From NCBI GenBank assembly GCA_951406725.2, contig OX597818.1, forward strand, positions 139,314,001 through 139,378,000: 64,000 bases of DNA, written 5' to 3'. The notes beneath the pieces are model-generated. The model ran no database searches. It worked only from the letters and a program-made list of their open reading frames with translations, and was not told where the DNA came from. Made by a program: the position numbers and the translations under genes. Source of the DNA: Octopus vulgaris (taxonomy: Eukaryota). Position 1 is the first letter of the stretch. Every line of letters starts with the position of its first letter. Below are positions 41,019-52,885 of the stretch, piece by piece.

Positions 41019-41254
41019 GTAATAAAACGGATCCAGTCTGAGGTGCTATAAATATTGGTTTCCTATGAGTTTTTGATCGGAAACCTATTTGATCGATTAA
41101 ATCGATTAAAACATATTAGTGACATTTATTTGATCGAATGTACTAACAGGATGAAAGGTAGAGTGATATTTTCATTTGAACTGTGAACTGCCATAAGCGA
41201 AAAAAAATCACCTCTTGCAGTCCAGCGTGTATAACAGGCAGTAAAAGAACAAGG

Positions 41255-41355
41255 TGAGAGAAAGGGAGAGAAAGAGAGAGAGAAAAGGAGAGAGAGAGAG
41301 AGAGAAAATAGAATTGAAAAATTGGAAAAATGTGGAGAAAAAATGAATGAGAAAG

Positions 41356-41395
<40 letters not shown>

Positions 41396-41680
41396 TAAAG
41401 GGGAGCGAGAGAAAGCGAGAGAGAGAGAGCGAGAGAGAGAGAAAGAGAGAGAGGGAGAGAGAGAGAGAGAGGGAGAAAGAGAGAAAGAGAGAGGAAAATA
41501 GAATTGAAAAATTGGAAAAATGTGATGGAGAGAAAAATGAATGAGAAAGTAGGAGAGAGAGAGAGAGATGGTGAAAGGGAGCGAGAGAAAGCGAGAGAGA
41601 TAGATAGATAGAGAGAGAGAGCGAGCGAGAGAGAGAGAAAGAGAGACAGTGTGAGACAGAGGGAGCTAGAGTGAGATATA
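41255..41680. repeat. (GA)n tract containing a ~190-bp tandem duplication
   Basis: aaaatagaattgaaaaattggaaaaatgtg...gagaaagcgag occurs twice (~41305, ~41495). Confidence 0.85.
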
Positions 41681-41890
41681 GAGAAATGCTGGCTTAATAA
41701 TAGTGAACCTTGAATAAAATGAGAATTGACGAGATATTTTAGAGGTTTCAGCAGAAATGTCAGATCTTAAGTGAAAAAGGAGGTCTTGCTTACAAGATCA
41801 GTTTTTCTTTCTCTCACGCTTGAAGACTTTCAGCAGAGTAAGAATATTTCAGTAGCTTCGAGCGCAAAATCACGTGTGAGTGTGTGTGCA

Positions 41891-41959
<69 letters not shown>

Positions 41960-42351
41960 GAATGTGTTTTTGTGTGTGTATTTCTGTGTTGTATATGCCT
42001 GCTTATATGTCTGTATGTATGTAGGTGGATAGGTACAAATATATATGTGTATATATTTGCGTATATATACATATGGTATACACACACTTACACGCATATG
42101 CACACACAAACACACACACACACACACACACATATGTATATACCTTATATACAGATATACACACCAATACACACACATATGTATATGAATATACTATATT
42201 AATACACATCAATACACACACATATATTCATATAGATAGACAGAAAGATAGATAGACAGAAACATAAAAGGTATTAAGCCTACAAGAATATCTAGCAAAA
42301 GAATTAACTACCCGAACTACCCGTATACGGTCAGATATGTTTACTAATTTC

Positions 42352-42413
<62 letters not shown>

Positions 42414-42461
42414 TATGAGAGAGAGAGAGAGAGGTATATATAGAGAGAGAGAGAGAGAGAG

Positions 42462-42502
<41 letters not shown>

Positions 42503-42510
<8 letters not shown>

Positions 42511-43700
42511 GGCAAGAAAATATTTTCGTTTTATTTTAGTGTGAAATAAAAGTAATTCTTTTTTCACACGAAGAATGAACTTTTCCATTTTTCTGGCAAC
42601 TTTATGATTCCGCGCTCATAGAACTTCTGGTCCTTATCAGGTAAAAGCTGTTGCGAGTGCGAGTTCAAGTCATCATCATTATTGAAAGTTTTATCATTCA
42701 AAGAATTTTGCAAACTTCGAAATAAATGGTAATCTGATGGTGCAAGGCCAGGGTTATAAAGTAGATGTTACATCACTTCCCATCCAAGCTCCAAAAGGTT
42801 TTCACGAATTAGCAAATACGTGTGTGGTCAAGCGTTGTCATGGTCGAACACGATTCCTTTACGATCTACCAATTCTGGTCGTTTATCTTTGATTGCTTCG
42901 TCCAGTTTCATTAGTTGTTGACAGTAAACAACTGAATTGATCGTCTGGTTCCTTGGAAGCAACTCAAAATACACAACACCTTTGTAATCGCACCAATCTG
43001 ACAACATGACGTTTTTTTTAATGCAATTCACCTTTCTATGTGGCTTGTACTAGTTCATTACGCTTGGGCCTTGATCGTTTTCGATAGATGTTATTGCAGA
43101 CAATCCATTTTCATCACCAGAATCGTTTCAAAGAAAGGTCGATTTTATTGCGTTTGAGATGCTTATCGCAAATATTGATTTGTTGTGTTAGGTGAACCTC
43201 TTTCAATTTATGTGGAACCCAGATATCAAGCTTCTTAATGAATCCAAGACATTTTAAGTGATTTTCAATTGTTGTGTGTGATACACTTACCCTCTTTGCA
43301 ATCTCTCGCACAGTTATATGACACAGATTCAATTATGGCTTTGAATCAGTCCTCATCAATTTCAGTAGGTCGACCAGAACGTTGGTCAATTTTTAAGTGA
43401 AAAATCTCCAAAACGGAATTTTTAAAATCATTTCTGACAAGTGCGTTCTGTGAAGCAATCAGCATCATAAACTTCACATATCTCTTTGTGAGTCTCAGTA
43501 GCTTTCTTACTTTTACAGAAAAAAAAAATTAAAATATGGTGAAAATGTTAATATTGACTCTGAACAAACATCTGTAAGAATAATTAGGCGCAATTTACTT
43601 CCAAATTAAGCCAAAAGTAACGACAATCAAATGGGAAAAGGAAAAAAAATATCATTGACAAGTCATTGCGAAAAATGTAATTAATTTCTTGCCAACCCAA
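42503..43700 (-). mobile_element. Near full-length decayed mariner (DD34D) transposon
   Basis: WVPHKL, GVVYFELL..NQTINS..YC.QL, HDNA, YNPGLAPSDYHLFRSLQN; TIR cores gttggcaagaaa (42508) and tttcttgccaacccaa+TA (43685-43702); multiple frameshifts. Confidence 0.92.
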
Positions 43701-43925
43701 TATATATATATATATATATATATATAAGAAAATGGAGGTTAGGAAGTAAATATTTGTTTTTTTATTAACAGCAAATTGGTCATCTTCACTTCTAGGCGTT
43801 TCAATTGATATGCAATATCATCAAAATATCATTAAAATACTATGTATTGAACCAGTAATTCCTTGGATGAAATCATCCTTTCATGCGGTTTACACATCCC
43901 CTAATTAAATATGTATATGTGGATG

Positions 43926-43971
<46 letters not shown>

Positions 43972-45204
43972 AATGTATATATATATGTGTGTGTGTGTGT
44001 GTGCGTCAGTGTTTGTATATAGAAATATATGCATGGACACATACAGATACATTCACGCACAGCGTAAACCCTTAGTTTTAATAAAAAGTAAATAATTCCC
44101 TTCATTTATGTCCATCCATCAATTCATCCATCCATCTATCCATCCATCCATCTATCCACTTATCCATCCATCTATCCAATGTGCGTGCGTGTATTCATTT
44201 TATTGTGATTATGTTTACAGATCCAAATCAGTGTTTCTCACTTTTATGTCAAAACTGTTGATAGAGAAGTATCGATAGGGAAGTATCTTCCTTGACGGTG
44301 GTACTCCAGTATTGTTGTATTCTATTTTCTGAAACCAGTTAAAAGTAAGTATAAACAGATGAAGCACGTAAATATATTCGTAAAATATATTTCTTAGACG
44401 CGAAAGATGCTTAGTTCCGTGTACTATTCATCCAATATTCATTTGCCCACACACATGCACACACACGCACACACATACACACACGCACACACAAACGCAC
44501 ACACATATACACACGTGCGCGTGCAAACTCACGCGCGCATTCACGAGTGACGAAAGAAATGAAAGGTAGTTGTCCTCAACGCACTTAACTGGAGCTATAG
44601 GTATGTAATAGCAGTTTGATTCAGGTCTATACTGAAAATTCGTAGGTGTTTAACGAGTCTTCACTCTCAGAAGTTCACAGACAATGTGAAAAGAATTTAC
44701 AAGAAATTGGAAATACATTACTTTCGAGAGGATTTAGGCCTCCATCTGTCACGTAGTTGTTATAATTATCTCAATGAAATCAGTTCTGTCGCTGGATTTC
44801 TCACGTGGTCGAGTAGACTTGATGTAGGCGTCAGTTTACCGGCATTTCGCAGCTGAAGTTATTCCAGCGACACCAGTTCCTAAATCTGATGCTATACGAT
44901 AGAGCAGAGAGGATGCTATACGATAGAGCAGATAGTCAGCATGCTGTTGGGTGTGGTAGGTAGCAAACCAGAGTTACGTGAAGCGGATTTTGATGATGTC
45001 AGGTTACATATAAATTCGGCTAATTTCAAGGGGTAGCAGGAATCCTATACACTATGCCATTGCGGGCCAGCCAAAGGTAGAGACACATGCTGGCCATGCA
45101 AACTCATACCTTTACTGATATCCTCAAATCTGTCCACACCGGAAGTGTTTATGATTCAGTATCCAGTAAGACACTTGATGGTGGTGATAGTAATCCAGAA
45201 ACTG

Positions 45205-45471
45205 AAACTAGTTTCGGCTCGGAAGCTGCGGTCATGCTCCGGCACCACCGCTGGCTTTACTGCACCTCCACTATTTGAAACCTCTTCTAATGTGTGGAAT
45301 TTCGCCAATGAGGTAGTTTCGTGCAGCTGTCCTCAACTGTGTTTCCTGCTGTGAGGTAGGCTCATTTGGTATCCTTGACAAGAGGAGATCCAGTTTTGTT
45401 TTGGAGACACCTACATCCACACCATGCAAATCTCTGAGGCATTATGGAAGGATATTGAAGCGCTGTGGACA
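45205..45471 (-). mobile_element. CR1-group LINE 3' fragment
   Basis: P..FNILP*.LRDLHGVDVGVSKTKLDLLLSRIPNEPT......RTAARNYL, followed by a 3' UTR stem-loop. Confidence 0.75.
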
Positions 45472-45514
45472 AGTGCGCGCACACACACACATGTATGTGT
45501 ATATATATATATAT

Positions 45515-47597
45515 TGAGAACTTTAACTGCAATCAAACAGAACATAGAAATATATATAAACAAAGTAATAAAGCACAGAAACTTACAGCACACGACACTG
45601 ACAACATCGGAACTAGAAACACTAAGAAAAAGTATAACAATAACAGAAAAAAAAACAAGGTAAAGCGAAGGTATTTAGACGAGGTATGAATGATGCCAAT
45701 AAATCCACTAATCACGAAGGCCACAGTAAGAACTTAAAATATTATCTGCGGAAACCTAGCACCACTAATGGCGGTATTAATGCGCATAGCCTAGATAATA
45801 AGACTTATGATATACACCACACGCATCACTCTAACAGCTATCAACTTGTGTCGTTAACTAGCTCATACTCCCATACGCAAAGCAAATAGAGACCGGCTTA
45901 GCTAAAGCTAATATGTAACATTATAAATAAATACCTTGATAAGAATAGCAGGTATTCGAGACTTATTAATAATAGAGTAATAAAGATAGGTTATAGTTTC
46001 ATGCATAGCTTAGCCAGCATCATTTCCTCCCTAAATAATAAAAAAATCTAGACATTTTCTATTTAGGTAGAAGCAACAATAAGAACAACAGCAGAGATAG
46101 TAAGAATAAAAACAACCCCATAACCACCCCAAATTTAGTAAAGGGAACACTCGGAACCATAATAACCCTATTAACCTTAATAGACCTAGCACTATCCTAC
46201 CAGCAAGTAATCCTCCGCCCCCAGCACAATCTACATGACTGTAGGAATAAAAAGATAAATGTGTCCTTGGAAACACTTCTAAAAGTAAAGATGTAATTTA
46301 CCAGTGTACTGTCACAACGCAGTTTAGTAAAAGAATATACATAGGAGCTACACAAAATGAAATGAAACGAAGACTCGCCGCACACCAACACTTTCACAAA
46401 TAAAAATAAGATTAACTCGATCGGATTAAGTAAATATATTTGGAAACTTAAAAATACATATACTAGATTCGCTTTAGAATGGAAAATCCTCGCGCCGCGC
46501 TTTCTTAAAATGTAAAGAGCAAGAAATTCCATATTTGCATCAATGAAAAAATTTTCATATTAGCGGCACAAAAGCCATTACTTAACTTGAGGGAAGAGAG
46601 AAACATGGCTGCCTGCACAAGGGTAACTTTACCATCTCTAAATATAAATAGCATTAGAGACTCTTGCACCATCCCTCAAAATAGCACCCAGAGCCCTTCA
46701 CCACAGAAATAGCAGTTCTCGATATTGAATGAGGGCATATATAAACTCCTAAATTAAAACTAGTTTACTAGTATTACATACTGGAGTCTTTTATAGGGGT
46801 TCCAGTAGTAATATCCCTATCCCTTCACCAACATATCTGAGTTTAAATCCCACCCCCATTCATAATAACTAAATACATAATATATTTATTAAGCCATTTC
46901 TCCTTAATATAACCTACTCACCCCTTTAACAAAGCCAGTCCTTTCAATCATGAAGCTAATTTGGAGTACAGATGGCATGAGTACTTAGTCCTCAATGATT
47001 ACCCCCCTCCACAAGGGAGCCTGTAGCCGCCATCTGATCTAAGGCTCTACTGGCAATAATTTTCTTCATTTGAACCTTTTAAAGCACGGCTTAGCTTGCT
47101 TTTACTAGCTTCAATATGGACCTAATTTTCAGCCAGCATACTGGTCTACCTCTATTTATTGGGGACCCAATTAGACCTACCTATTTAGGACCCCCGTAGA
47201 ACATAACTTAATTTTAACAACACAATATTAACTGCCCACCAATTATTTTTCTAGATTATTTGCTAGTTTACTCTTTTGCCCATCGACTTCAAGCTTTACA
47301 CTGCAAAATTGTATGATTCTAATTTATTGAGCCTTCTTGCCTCATCTCGAGGCCCTGTTCTTTCCTCTTACGTCTTCTCTTCGTATGTATTTGTATTCAC
47401 TTTGATGAAGCTCTATGTACTAGATCGGATGTGCTATAAAGATGACGAATATTATTTTCGGAATTTTCTTTGGAGGCTCAGATTGACATTTGTAGAGGAA
47501 ACGGCCGTGAGCAATGTTAAAGTTTTGCATTAAAAATTAATTAACCGATGTTACTCAATTTGTTTGTTGATCAAAAGTTTTCTTCATTATCTGCTTA

Positions 47598-47600
<3 letters not shown>
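45515..47600 (+). mobile_element. Decayed Penelope-like element 3' portion (GIY-YIG endonuclease plus 3' pLTR)
   Basis: ~46235-46625: DCRNK..C.LG....KDVIYQCTV......YIGAT....KRR..AH / LSKYIWKLK......EWKIL / IC.NEK..I / LLN.REE / CLHK (frameshifted); hammerhead-like motif at 47398-47512; TA-rich flanks. The 5' boundary is uncertain. Confidence 0.8.
47398..47512 (+). ncRNA. Degenerate type I hammerhead with extended stem II, in the PLE 3' end
   Basis: TTGATGA ag ctcta...tagag GAAA CGGCCG TG; GUG triplet, probably inactive. Confidence 0.5.
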
Positions 47601-47636
<36 letters not shown>

Positions 47637-47637
<1 letters not shown>

Positions 47638-48261
47638 GCGTGGCTGTGTGGTAAGTAGTTTGCTTCCCAACCTCGGGGTTCCAGGTTCAGTCCTACTGTG
47701 TGGCACCTTGGACAGGCGTCTTCTACTATAGCCATGGACCGGCCAAAGCCTTGTGAGTGGATTTGGTAGGCGGAAACTCAAATGAGCCTGTCGTATATAT
47801 ATATATATTTATATATATTGTTGGCATCCTATTCACTCGGGAGACAATGGAGTTACGTATAAACTAATCCAGTCTGGTTTTTACATTTCATGTCCTCTTC
47901 AGTTTCCTCTCCAGTTTTCTGCAGGCCTGGGCTAAATGTAAGAAAATCATGAGTAGCCCAATCGTCAGGATTCCTCTCTTGATCTTGATGATGTAGTCCA
48001 AAGGATTTCAGAGCATTATGTTTAGAACCAGTTGGTTGCAGAAGCTGCCGGATGAGCGTCGAGTCGAACACTAAACCATCTACTGGGCTCCACTCCGGAT
48101 TTCTCTGAAGGTTGTCTCCTTTCCATAGCCCTGGATAGGGGCCCATAACGGGGACTGTCAGCCGGAGCCATCTGATCCCGGGACTCGTGTCAGGCAGGGT
48201 CGTCACTCCCTGAAGTAGTGAATAAAATCGCTACCCACTACCTCTACACACACATACATAC

Positions 48262-48292
<31 letters not shown>

Positions 48293-48540
48293 AACAAATA
48301 GATATGTAGGTATATGTATCTATGTGTGTGTCTTTGTGTCTGCATTTGCCCCCTCCATCACTGCTTGACAACCGGTCTTGGTGTGTTTACGTCCCTAAAA
48401 CTTAGTGGTTCGCAAAAAATAAGAGGAAGTACTACGCTTTAAAAATAAGTCCTTGGGTTGACTTATTTGACAAAAAAAAACCTTCAAGAAGGTGCTCCAG
48501 CCTGGCCGCAGTCAAATGACTGAAAAAGAGCATAAAAAAT
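47637..48540 (+). mobile_element. SINE family A interrupted in its linker
   Basis: Head 47637-47795; tail ~48325-48540. Confidence 0.8.
47818..48240 (-). mobile_element. Non-autonomous RTE-related retroelement (bipartite SINE-like)
   Basis: 3' end tccattgtctc..ggatgccaacaa resembles the RTE end ccattgtctcg in this window; GC-rich structured 5' part. Confidence 0.5.
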
Positions 48541-48616
48541 AAAAGAACATGTAAGTATGTATGTTTGTGTGAGTGTGTATTTCTGTGTGTATGTGTGTGT
48601 GTGTGTGTGTTTGTGC

Positions 48617-48810
48617 GTGGAAGCACGTGGCTTAGTGGTTAGTGTGTTGCGCTCATGATCGTACGATTCTGGTTTCGATTTCAGGACCGGGGTATGCGTT
48701 GTGTTCTTTCTCATTGCTCCAGTCCACTCAGCTGCCAAAAATGAATTATGTTGCGACGGACCGACGTCCATCCAGAGAGTATATACGGCACGGAATCTGA
48801 AAAACCGGTC
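48617..48810 (+). mobile_element. SINE family E
   Basis: gtggaagcacgtggcttagtggttag...ggtttcgattt. Confidence 0.7.
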
Positions 48811-49991
48811 TTACGTACATGTTGACTCGGGAAGGATCTTTTACAAACATACACACACACATACATCCACACACACGCGCGCACACACACAAACACACGT
48901 ACTCACGTATATACACGCACACACATACATATATATGTATGGATACATATTTATATGCATGCATTTCCTTACACATCACACATACAATGCATAATGGTGT
49001 GTGTATATAACATTTCAAAAACATTATAACAATGTATCGTATTCTCTTTATCTACAAAAGATTCATTGTCTAGCCAAACGCACACTCTTGAAAATAAAAG
49101 CTGATCTTTGGACATCTTTACGGGATCTCCTCCCTCTGTCTCTCTTTCTCTTCCTCTCTTTCTTACCTTTCTTTCTTTCTTTTTTTCTTTCTCCCTGTGT
49201 CTCTCTCTGTAAATAGCTCTTTCCTGATATATATATATATATATATATTCACAAGAACTGATGGTAACTCTATATCGTATTATTTGGAAGCTATTTTTCT
49301 TTCAACATTTACGCTATGCCAGAAATGTCTGTAATCAGCCAAACGGTTCCAAAATTTCTCGGCAAATTTTGGAACGAAGAGATAAAGTAGTGAATGTGAA
49401 ATTGGTAAATATCTATATATCTGTTTAGGATGAGCAACAAAAGACAACGAGGAGTCAGAGGTGGAAGATGGGGGGGAAATCGGTGAAACAGATGAAAAAG
49501 GAAAGAGAGAGAACAAAATACCCCCAAAATACAAAGACAAAATACTAGAAAGAAATGAAAATAAAACATTTAGTGCCAAATTTCAAAGCGATGCTAACAA
49601 TCAATATGTTTGGCTTCCTCGTTCTTTTATCGAATGTCTATATTTAAAACAGATTTGTTTATATAATTTTGTTATTATTTGGAAACGGTTAACTTTGCAC
49701 AAGTATTCTATTCTAAGAAAGTACTTCTCTAGTTACATAGATAAAAATTGCGAAACAAAAAAAGAACAAAAATGTAAACAAAGTATTAATAATGAACAAA
49801 ACGAAATTTAAACAACAAAAACAACAAAGGATTATTTTGTCTGTGAAGTTTTATTTATCTTTTTATTATTTTATATTTAATTATATTCTTAGAGGAGTAT
49901 TCCATTTTCCCATTATAGAGGTAAAATAGGATTGTAATGGGGAATGACAGCAGTGTCATGGACATTATGTCAAAGTATATCATTTGGAGAT

Positions 49992-50356
49992 ACTCTTTTA
50001 CTCTTTTACTTGTTTCAGTCATGTGACTGCGGCCATGCTGGACCACCGCCTTTAGTCGAGCAAATCGATCCCGGGACTTATTGTTTGTCTCTTTTGCCGC
50101 TAAGTGACGGGGACTTAAACACACCAGCATCGGTTGTCAAGCGATGTTAGTGGGGGGGACAAACACAGACACACATACATATATATATACATTTATACGA
50201 CGGGCTTCTTTCAGTTTCCGTCGACCAAATCCACACACAAGGCTTTGGTCGGCCCAAGGCTATAGTAGAAGACACATGCCCAAGGTGCCACGCAGTGGGA
50301 CTGAACCCGGAACCATGTGGTTCGTAAGCAAGCTACTTACCACACAGCCACTCCTA
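49992..50356 (-). mobile_element. SINE family A
   Basis: Consensus match with small deletions. Confidence 0.9.
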
Positions 50357-50569
50357 CGTCTATGTGTTCTGTATCCCTCGTTTTATGACTGGTATTTAAT
50401 TGTGTACGTCAGGTAAAAAATAAATGAGATAAATTATCCCTTATAATCCGGCATCTTTATAAATTGTTTATTAAATGACAAGAACAAGAAAATGACCTGC
50501 TGTTCTACAATTCTGATAATGATTCTTAAACCATTATTTGTATTCACTGGTAAGACGACAAACTGAGAG

Positions 50570-50970
50570 ACACGCTAGAGCGCCGGGCACAATGCTTAGT
50601 GGCATTTCTTCCGGCTTTACTTCTGAGTTCAAGTTCAAATTCTGCTCTGGACGACTTTACATTTCATCCTTTCGGGGTCGATCAAATAAGTACCTATTTC
50701 TTTACTACCCACAAGGGGCTAAACACAGAGAGGATAAACAAGGACAGACAAACGGATTAAGTCGATTATATCGACCCCGAAAGGATGAAAGGCAAAGTCG
50801 ACCTCGGCGGAATTTGAACTCAGAACGTAGCGGCAGATGAAATACCACTAAGCATTTCGCCCGGCGTGCTAACGTTTCAGCCAGATCGCCGCCTTTCAAA
50901 TAAGTATCAGTTAAACACTGGGGTTGATGTAATTGACTAATCCTCTCCACCAGATTTCCAGGCCGTGTTG
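50570..50970 (+). mobile_element. SINE family B (older), interrupted by an opposite-strand SINE B
   Basis: Body continues after 50906. Confidence 0.7.
50693..50895 (-). mobile_element. SINE family B (young, nested)
   Basis: 11-bp TSD tcaaataagta (50682-50692, 50896-50906). Confidence 0.88.
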
Positions 50971-51182
50971 CTATGTGATTGTATTCGATGTTAAACCTTG
51001 TAGCACCTTGATTTAATTAAGTTTTTGATATGTTTAGTACCATCCAGTGAAGTTTATTTAGATTCTTGATAGAATAACTATTGATAGAAAAACTAGATCT
51101 ATCCATATTACCCGACATATTGAGTTTTACATCCCATAATATTTTTATTTAGTAAATATATATTTTTGTAAAGTATACAACT

Positions 51183-51322
51183 TATGTATGTATGTATGTA
51201 TGTATGTATGTATGTATGTATGTATGTATGTATGTATGTATGTATGTATGTATGTATGTATGTATGTATGTATGTATGTATGTATGTATGTATGTATGTA
51301 TGTATGTATGTATGTATGTATG
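51183..51322. repeat. Pure (TATG)n
   Basis: Direct inspection. Confidence 0.97.
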
Positions 51323-51817
51323 TCTCTTCTATTCTTTAATTATTATAAATCTTCCACTGAGGAGAGAGCCGATTTTCAACAAAGATACAAGGCTCTATCA
51401 AATTCACATTTGGAACTTGAGAAAAGTCTTGCATATTTCTACGGTTCCACTCACAGATTGCACTTGTAATGCATAAATTATCCGGTCGATTTTCCATTCT
51501 GAAAATCCCAGTTTATCCAGATTCTCCTTTATGCATTTACTAACAAAACGTTAGGAGAAGGTCACTTTGATATGAAAGCGGATATGCAAGGAATGACACT
51601 GAGCATCTTAGGGGGTTTCAGCTTGCATTTGAGATCATTATGCTCCCACATCCCTGAGACTGCGACCCATTATGTCATTGGATATCTTGCTTAATCTCGT
51701 CTCTGGATCATACCAATAGGGTGGAGAGGGTCGATGATGCTGCGCAAGCCTTTATGGACCTAAAGTTTTACACTTTCTCAATGATGATCGTACTACGAGT
51801 TGACAGCCACCATGTAC

Positions 51818-51867
<50 letters not shown>

Positions 51868-51964
51868 CGGGAAGCTTTATGAAAATAAACAAAAGACGAA
51901 GGCAGGTGGAGTACAAACAAACAATTGTATTAGTATGGCGCTCAGGAATATAAATAAAACAAGT

Positions 51965-52000
51965 CTTTTACGTTTCGAGTCTACGCTCTTCAACAGAAAG
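51965..52000 (-). ncRNA. Variant minimal hammerhead-like motif in a TA-flanked unit (51867-52070)
   Basis: cttt CTGTTGA a gag cgtaga ctc GAAA cg TA aaag (core A6->U). Confidence 0.5.
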
Positions 52001-52199
52001 ATACACAGAAAAGAAACACAGAAAGAAACAAGGAGAGAAAAAAATGCGTGCAGAAGCTAGCGAATCAACATATGTATATATATATATATGTATATCAAGT
52101 TTTTGTATACACATTAGCGATTTGCTAAATCCTCATTTTTATGGGTAAATACATATGTACTGACAGAGAATTTAGTCCAGAGTCAGCCGAATGGAGCGC

Positions 52200-52253
52200 T
52201 TCCTACTGATGAGTTTACGGAATTAGCTGAAACTGACCGATCAGTATAGGGAA
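52200..52253 (+). ncRNA. Type I hammerhead ribozyme candidate
   Basis: ttccta CTGATGA gtttacggaattagct GAAA ctga ccga tcag TA taggga; canonical core, GUA site. Confidence 0.75.
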
Positions 52254-52504
52254 TTTCTTGAGCGGTGTTTTCGGGACATAACAGTCCCTATGAGTACGTA
52301 TGTATTCAATTATGTGCTTTAACTACAGCATCATAGCTTTTTAGCTCTTATTTCTAACAATGTAGGTGTTTTAACACCCTACTCATATTAAGTGACAATT
52401 ATAGTTTTCCTTTTTCGTAACACATTGCACACGGCTGTCTACATTAATTTCCGTATATTTATTTGTTACACGCTTTTTTGAATTATATATATATATATAT
52501 ATAC

Positions 52505-52780
52505 ACAATTGCAGCGTGGAAGGTGTTTGTAAGCCATTTAAGAAACACACAAAAGCCGTTCGATTCACTTCAACATTTAAGTTTAATTTGTCAAAATATT
52601 TTCGTCGCTAAAATCCGCGACCTGTTCACTGACAAAAATCCGTGCTGCATCATTTTTTGTCAGGTCGCGGATTTTAGCGACGAAAATATTTTGACAAATT
52701 AAACTTAAATGTTGAAGTGAATCGAACGGCTTTTGTGTGTTTCTTAAATGGCTTATAAACACCTTCCACGCTGCAATTGT
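52505..52780. repeat. 120-bp inverted repeat (1 mismatch), 36-bp spacer, TA-flanked
   Basis: Arms 52505-52624 and 52661-52780. Confidence 0.92.
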
Positions 52781-52839
52781 TTTCGTTTCAGCACACGATC
52801 TCAGATCAAATTACTTGCTATGCGAGTACATCTCCGTAA

Positions 52840-52885
<46 letters not shown>

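Noticed and set aside
47878-47906. Minus-strand CTGAAGA...GAAATGTA
   Set aside because: No stem I and essentially no stem II
49461-49811. 116-aa ORF
   Set aside because: Low-complexity, A-rich, with no recognisable motif
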